NCBI GenBank assembly: GCA_015257665.1
Contig: JABZJS010000001.1
Location: 155,526 to 219,525 of the forward strand
Length of the DNA stretch: 64,000 nt
Direction: 5' to 3'
Source of the DNA: Candidatus Nanosynbacter sp.
Lineage (GTDB): Bacteria; Patescibacteriota; Saccharimonadia; Saccharimonadales; Saccharimonadaceae
The translations under genes and the position numbers were made by a program. This document shows positions 60,111 through 64,000 of this stretch, piece by piece. Numbering within the stretch: position 1 is the first letter of the stretch; each line of letters starts with the position of its first letter. The notes beneath the pieces were generated by a model. That model did not search any database and had not been told where the DNA came from. It worked only from the letters and a program-made list of their open reading frames with translations.

Positions 60111-62249
60111 TCATCGCCGCCTCCGGCCGATTGGGCTGTCGTTATCCGTCGCTGATGTAGGTGCGCTGGTAGACGTCGATGAGGTGAGGGCGAGCAGCGC
60201 CTGCTCGGTCTGCTCTGCCGGTACGCCGTAGCGCGCGTGGCTGGCGGCATAGAGGGTGGCTGGGTCACGGCGCCGTGCGGCCGCCGGCTGGGTGGTGAGC
60301 GAGAACCAGTCGCTGCGCTGGCCGCGCTGCATCAGCTGGGCGTAGGCGTGGAAGGCGGGCAGCAGCTGGAAGTCGACCGCCTCCAGCTCGGGCGCCAGGC
60401 GGGCGGCCGCCGCGGCGTCGGTGCCTGAGAGGCCGAAGTACAGCTTGTTGCGCGCATTGCTCTCGATCGCCTGCACCATCGCGGGCGACAGCTGCGCGCG
60501 GTACTGATGCGCCAGGTGGAAGGCCCCGCCCAGCGAGCGGGCCTGGGCCAGCGCTTCTGACAGGTCATGCGGCAAGCCACCGATGAACTCATGCGCCTCG
60601 TCGATGAAGATGCTGACGATGTGGCGCTGCTCTGGCGGCAGAGATTGGCGGGCCAGGAGGAGCGTCCACAACTGCGACACCAGCAAGGTACCCAGCAGCC
60701 GGGCTGCACCCGCCCCGAGCAGGCCACGGTTGAGATTGACGACGACGACGCGCCGCCGGGTAAAGAGCTCTGCCAAGTCGAAGCGCGGCTGCGCTTGCCC
60801 CAGCACGGCGCGCAGATAGGGACGCAGGATGAGCTGGCGCAGCTTGTTGAGCACTGGCGCGATCTCCGTCGCTTGCGCCTCCGGTTTCTTGGCGTTGTAG
60901 GCCGCCCAGAAGGCGCCGGTGCCCAGTGGATCGTCCGGCACCTGAGCCAGCACCCACCGGCGAAAGGCCGGATCCGTCAGCAAGGGCGGCAGCCACAGCA
61001 GCGTCGCCTGCGGTAGGCGGACCAAGGTCAGCAGCGCGGCAGATAGGACATCAGCGGTGCGAATGCCCCAGTGCTCGCGAAACAGCGCCTCAAAGGTGCT
61101 CAGCATCGCCTCTGCCGTGACGGGTGCCATCTGAGGCGGCCCGGCCAGCGGATTGAGGCCAACTGGTGCTGGGTTGCTTGGGTCAATCACCACCACGTCG
61201 CGCTGGCGCTGCTCGGGCAGGCGGGCGAGAAAGTCCGTCGCCAGGTCACCCTTAGGGTCGATCAGGAGCAAACCCCGGCCCTGCGCGGCGTCGGCCAGAG
61301 CCAAGGCCAGCATGACGGTGGACTTACCAGCCCCAGTCGGCCCCAGCAGGTGTGTGTGGTAGGCGGCATCGACGATGGCGATCCCTACTGGCTGCGCCTG
61401 GCCAGGCGCGCTGGTCATACCCACCACGCGACGCCGCTCCAGCAGTGGTGTCGACGGCGGCAAACGGCGCGGATGCAGGCTGCCCAGCAGCGGCAATGGC
61501 GCCTCACCGATCGGCCAACCAGTCAGTGCGGCCAACCGACCAGAGCGCAGGCGCAGGGGCCAGCACCAGGGGCGACGGGCCTCATCGATCTTGTCTGTCG
61601 CCTCAGCCACCAGCCGGACGGACGACTGCGCGGTCTCCACCAGGCGCAGCGCCCCAAGCAGCTGAGCAAAGCGCTGGTGTGCCTCAGCACTCGGCCCGCG
61701 ATAGCCGAGCCGGAGGCAGACGGCGGCGCCATGCTGCTCATCGGCTGGTTTGCTGGCGCGGGCGGGCGACTGTGCCGCGTCGTAGCCGACCAGCAACTGC
61801 CGCCAGAGCGAGGGCGGCGGCGTCTCCGCCAAAGAGGCTGGACTGAGTCGGCGCCCCACCAGCAGTTGCAGCACTACCTGCTGCGAACCCGTCAGGCCAG
61901 AAAGGGCAGCATAGAGGGCGCGCACCGCCGCAGTAACGCGCTCGGGCAGGTGACTGACCTGCCGCCCCCGTACCATCACGCGCACCGCCCGCGTCATGGG
62001 CAGGCGCGGCTGCTCGGGTCGGTGCAAGCGTGCCGGCAGGTGATTGCTCAGCAGCGCCGCCAGGCCGGGCCGGCCAGTTTGCGTGCCCACCAGCCAGTGC
62101 GCACCACTGGCGTCGGCGCGCAGCTCCAGCACCAGTGGCCCCAATTCCGTCGCCGTCGTCAGGCGCTCCAATGCCGTGGTGGCCAGTGCTGGGCTGATTG
62201 GGCTGTCCCAGGCCAGCTCCTGCCACTGCCACTGCCGGTGCCCGGTCAT
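60111..62249 (-). CDS. Type IV coupling-protein-like ATPase (VirD4/TraD/TraG family)
   Basis: 712 aa; Walker A GPTGAGKST, LLIDPKGD motif, Walker B region IFIDEAHEF, C-terminal TraD-like HLAHQYRAQLSP. Confidence 0.65.
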   Translation of the reverse strand: MTGHRQWQWQELAWDSPISPALATTALERLTTATELGPLVLELRADASGAHWLVGTQTGRPGLAALLSNHLPARLHRPEQPRLPMTRAVRVMVRGRQVSHLPERVTAAVRALYAALSGLTGSQQVVLQLLVGRRLSPASLAETPPPSLWRQLLVGYDAAQSPARASKPADEQHGAAVCLRLGYRGPSAEAHQRFAQLLGALRLVETAQSSVRLVAEATDKIDEARRPWCWPLRLRSGRLAALTGWPIGEAPLPLLGSLHPRRLPPSTPLLERRRVVGMTSAPGQAQPVGIAIVDAAYHTHLLGPTGAGKSTVMLALALADAAQGRGLLLIDPKGDLATDFLARLPEQRQRDVVVIDPSNPAPVGLNPLAGPPQMAPVTAEAMLSTFEALFREHWGIRTADVLSAALLTLVRLPQATLLWLPPLLTDPAFRRWVLAQVPDDPLGTGAFWAAYNAKKPEAQATEIAPVLNKLRQLILRPYLRAVLGQAQPRFDLAELFTRRRVVVVNLNRGLLGAGAARLLGTLLVSQLWTLLLARQSLPPEQRHIVSIFIDEAHEFIGGLPHDLSEALAQARSLGGAFHLAHQYRAQLSPAMVQAIESNARNKLYFGLSGTDAAAAARLAPELEAVDFQLLPAFHAYAQLMQRGQRSDWFSLTTQPAAARRRDPATLYAASHARYGVPAEQTEQALLALTSSTSTSAPTSATDNDSPIGRRRR

Positions 62250-62486
62250 GACGCCCCTCCATCTGCCCTGTTAGCTGCGGAGTCATTAGCCGCGTCATCA
62301 ACCTCATCGTCATCCGGTAGCGTGGTTTTCTCATCCCGTTGCTGCTCCAGCCGTTGCAGCATGAGCAGCAGCAAGACCCGTGCCAATGCATCGGCGTCCA
62401 GCTCGCTGCGCCAGGACGGCACCGCGCGGTAGTGCGGCCGTCCCTGGTCTCGTCGCTTGCGGCAGGTCATAGCCGCCTCCGATCCA

Positions 62487-62675
62487 TCACCAGCGCTGGC
62501 GATACCAACGCCACACGGCAACTAGCAGCGCCACCACACCGGCCAGGGCCAGCACCCACCAGTAGCGGCAGAGCAGCTCGACCGCCCAGATCAGCAGCAC
62601 CACGCCACCAAAGACGTACACGCAACTGCGGAAGAAGCGCGCCGCCAGCGACCCCATGCCGATTCCATCTCGCAT
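62487..62675 (-). CDS. Small membrane protein
   Basis: 62 aa, 2 TM. Confidence 0.3.
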   Translation of the reverse strand: MRDGIGMGSLAARFFRSCVYVFGGVVLLIWAVELLCRYWWVLALAGVVALLVAVWRWYRQRW

Positions 62676-62696
62676 CAGTCAGTCCTCTCATCGCTC

Positions 62697-63407
62697 TCAT
62701 GACGTGCCCTCCTCGCCAGCGGCATCCATAGCGTCTGTTTCATCGTCAGCCGGAGCCAGCGCCGCCTGCGGCCACTGCCGATCGCTCGGCACGCGGTAGC
62801 CCCAGCGGGCCAGCGAGATGGTCGAGGCGCATTCGTCGCCCCAGATGTCCCAGTGCTGGCGCGATGGCGCCGCCCGGCGGGCGAACAACTCCACAAAGGG
62901 CCCGTTGCCCACCAGTCGCTCGACGATCTGGTGGATCTCCTCCGGCTTGTGCGAGTGCTCCTGCAACGGGTGGAAGCCCCAGTTGGGCTGGGCCCGAAAG
63001 GCCACCCGGGTACCCTGTCCCCGCACGCCCAGCAACAACAGCTCGCCGGCGTTACGGAAGGTGTGCCCCATGGAGAAGCGCGGCTTGGCCCAGAAGTAGA
63101 AGCTGGTGTAGCGGAAGCCCCAGGCCTCCAGCAGCTCGATCCCCTGCGGCACTGTCGCCGTAGTCACCCAGACGAAGCAGAACGAGCGCGGCGCCGTTAT
63201 CTCCCGCACTGCCTCACCCATGGCACGCAGCCGCGGCAGCGGCATCAGGCGGTAGTGCTGCGCCGCCCCGTGACGCCCCATCTGCTGGCTGCACCACGGC
63301 GGATCGGCCAGCACCGCTCGGAACGTCCCACGCTGCGGCGCCCCATCTGCCTGGTTATGCGTGGCGTGCGATTGGCTCGCCAGCGCGTGATTTGTCAGAT
63401 TGCTCAT
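62697..63407 (-). CDS. MT-A70-family N6-adenine DNA methyltransferase
   Basis: DPPW catalytic motif (LADPPWCSQQMG) and MT-A70-like downstream blocks. Confidence 0.7.
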   Translation of the reverse strand: MSNLTNHALASQSHATHNQADGAPQRGTFRAVLADPPWCSQQMGRHGAAQHYRLMPLPRLRAMGEAVREITAPRSFCFVWVTTATVPQGIELLEAWGFRYTSFYFWAKPRFSMGHTFRNAGELLLLGVRGQGTRVAFRAQPNWGFHPLQEHSHKPEEIHQIVERLVGNGPFVELFARRAAPSRQHWDIWGDECASTISLARWGYRVPSDRQWPQAALAPADDETDAMDAAGEEGTS

Positions 63408-63695
63408 TACGATCCCTCCTTTGCGCGCTTATCTGCTATTTGTGTACGCGTACAAAACGCGCTCACACTCCCCATTACGAACCGATTTGCTCGATTTGTG
63501 AACCCCCTCGCCAGCCACAACTCCCACCGACGCGACACGCCACCAGCGATGTGCCGTTCTGGGGTGGCACCACAGAGAACAAAATGGACACGAAGGCCAA
63601 ATAGTGGCGGCGAAAATACATGCTGTAGTTATTGCAACAGGCAGCCAGGTCGGCCCGCACATGGCAATGTGGAGCGCGAATCAGCTGGGCGTCTG

Positions 63696-63977
63696 TCAGC
63701 ACGAGCTGTTCGCGCCGCCTGGCTCGTCCTTGCCGTTGGCGGCCTCTTCAGGCTCCGCAGCCGCCTCCTGCGCCCGCCTCGTCATCGCCACGGCGCTGTG
63801 GAAGGCGGCCAGGTCGTGGGCCTGCTTGGTGGCGATGGCCTGCTGCCAGGCGTCGGTCTGGGCGCGGGTGGTTGTGGTGGGCGAAGTGTCGTCGCGCCAG
63901 ACCGCCCAGGCCAGCAGGGCGATGGCGATGAGCGTCAGGCAGCCGACGAAGGCCAGGCCATTGATGATCCAGCTCAT
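63696..63977 (-). CDS. Small membrane-anchored protein
   Basis: 93 aa, N-terminal TM. Confidence 0.3.
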   Translation of the reverse strand: MSWIINGLAFVGCLTLIAIALLAWAVWRDDTSPTTTTRAQTDAWQQAIATKQAHDLAAFHSAVAMTRRAQEAAAEPEEAANGKDEPGGANSSC

Positions 63978-64000
63978 GGTGGGTATGTCCTTTCTGGTGA

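Larger units (their letters stand above)
55741..64000. mobile_element. Integrative (conjugative or mobilizable) element inserted at the 3' end of tRNA-Pro, truncated by the window edge
   Basis: Abrupt rise to ~65 % GC directly after the tRNA; serine recombinase abutting the tRNA; replication-relaxation-like gene, T4CP-like ATPase and MT-A70 methylase; a low-GC cargo module in between. Confidence 0.65.

Noticed and set aside
62246-62521. 91-aa ORF overlapping the small membrane ORF 62487-62675 in the element
   Set aside because: It overlaps the other ORF in a different frame in a 65 % GC region and has no motif. It cannot be distinguished from noise, so only the clearly hydrophobic ORF is reported, at low confidence.

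Overview
This 64 kb bacterial chromosomal window has a mosaic GC composition: blocks of roughly 55-60 % GC alternate with AT-rich islands near 40 % GC and one ~65 % GC mobile element. The host is probably a small-genome bacterium, possibly a CPR/Saccharibacteria-like lineage. This is a low-confidence inference from gene content: a pilin-like surface protein, translationally overlapping genes, leaderless genes, and a split ribosomal-protein cluster.

Core housekeeping genes are a GT4 glycosyltransferase, smpB, an ABC-F ATPase, a near-complete F1Fo ATP synthase operon (atpZ-like, atpBEFHAG, atpD, atpC), dus, a UvrD-helicase/PD-(D/E)XK nuclease fusion, a P-type ATPase, RlmD, dnaB, dnaX, rplL, rplJ, tmk, dcd, folA, thyA, rplA and tRNA-Pro(GGG).

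The more unusual content, in order along the window:
1. The ATP synthase operon is interrupted twice. Two translationally coupled membrane-protein genes lie between atpG and atpD. A ~1.1 kb insert lies between atpD and atpC and carries a strand-skewed low-complexity tandem repeat plus a small membrane-protein gene.
2. Two tRNA-like RNAs with canonical T-arm and acceptor stems but aberrant D and anticodon arms lie downstream of a tiny DnaJ-type zinc-finger ORF. That ORF is driven by a near-consensus sigma70 promoter cassette that recurs three times in the window with a conserved spacer.
3. A ~3 kb AT-rich island is flanked by ~90 bp direct repeats that derive from a duplicated gene 5' end, and contains paralogous small proteins.
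4. A divergent phosphoketolase homolog lacks the canonical TPP/catalytic motifs and sits next to an Erm-like rRNA methyltransferase.
5. A 723-aa AT-rich ORF carries a C-terminal RelA/SpoT-like signature. It and a dTMP-synthesis module split rplA from rplJ-rplL.
6. An integrative, probably conjugative or mobilizable, element is inserted at the 3' end of tRNA-Pro and runs off the window. It encodes a large serine recombinase, a replication-relaxation-like protein, a VirD4/TraD-like coupling ATPase and an MT-A70 methyltransferase, and carries a low-GC two-gene cargo module of unknown function.

No CRISPR array and no rRNA genes were seen. All functional calls rest on motif recognition by eye and no database searches were run.
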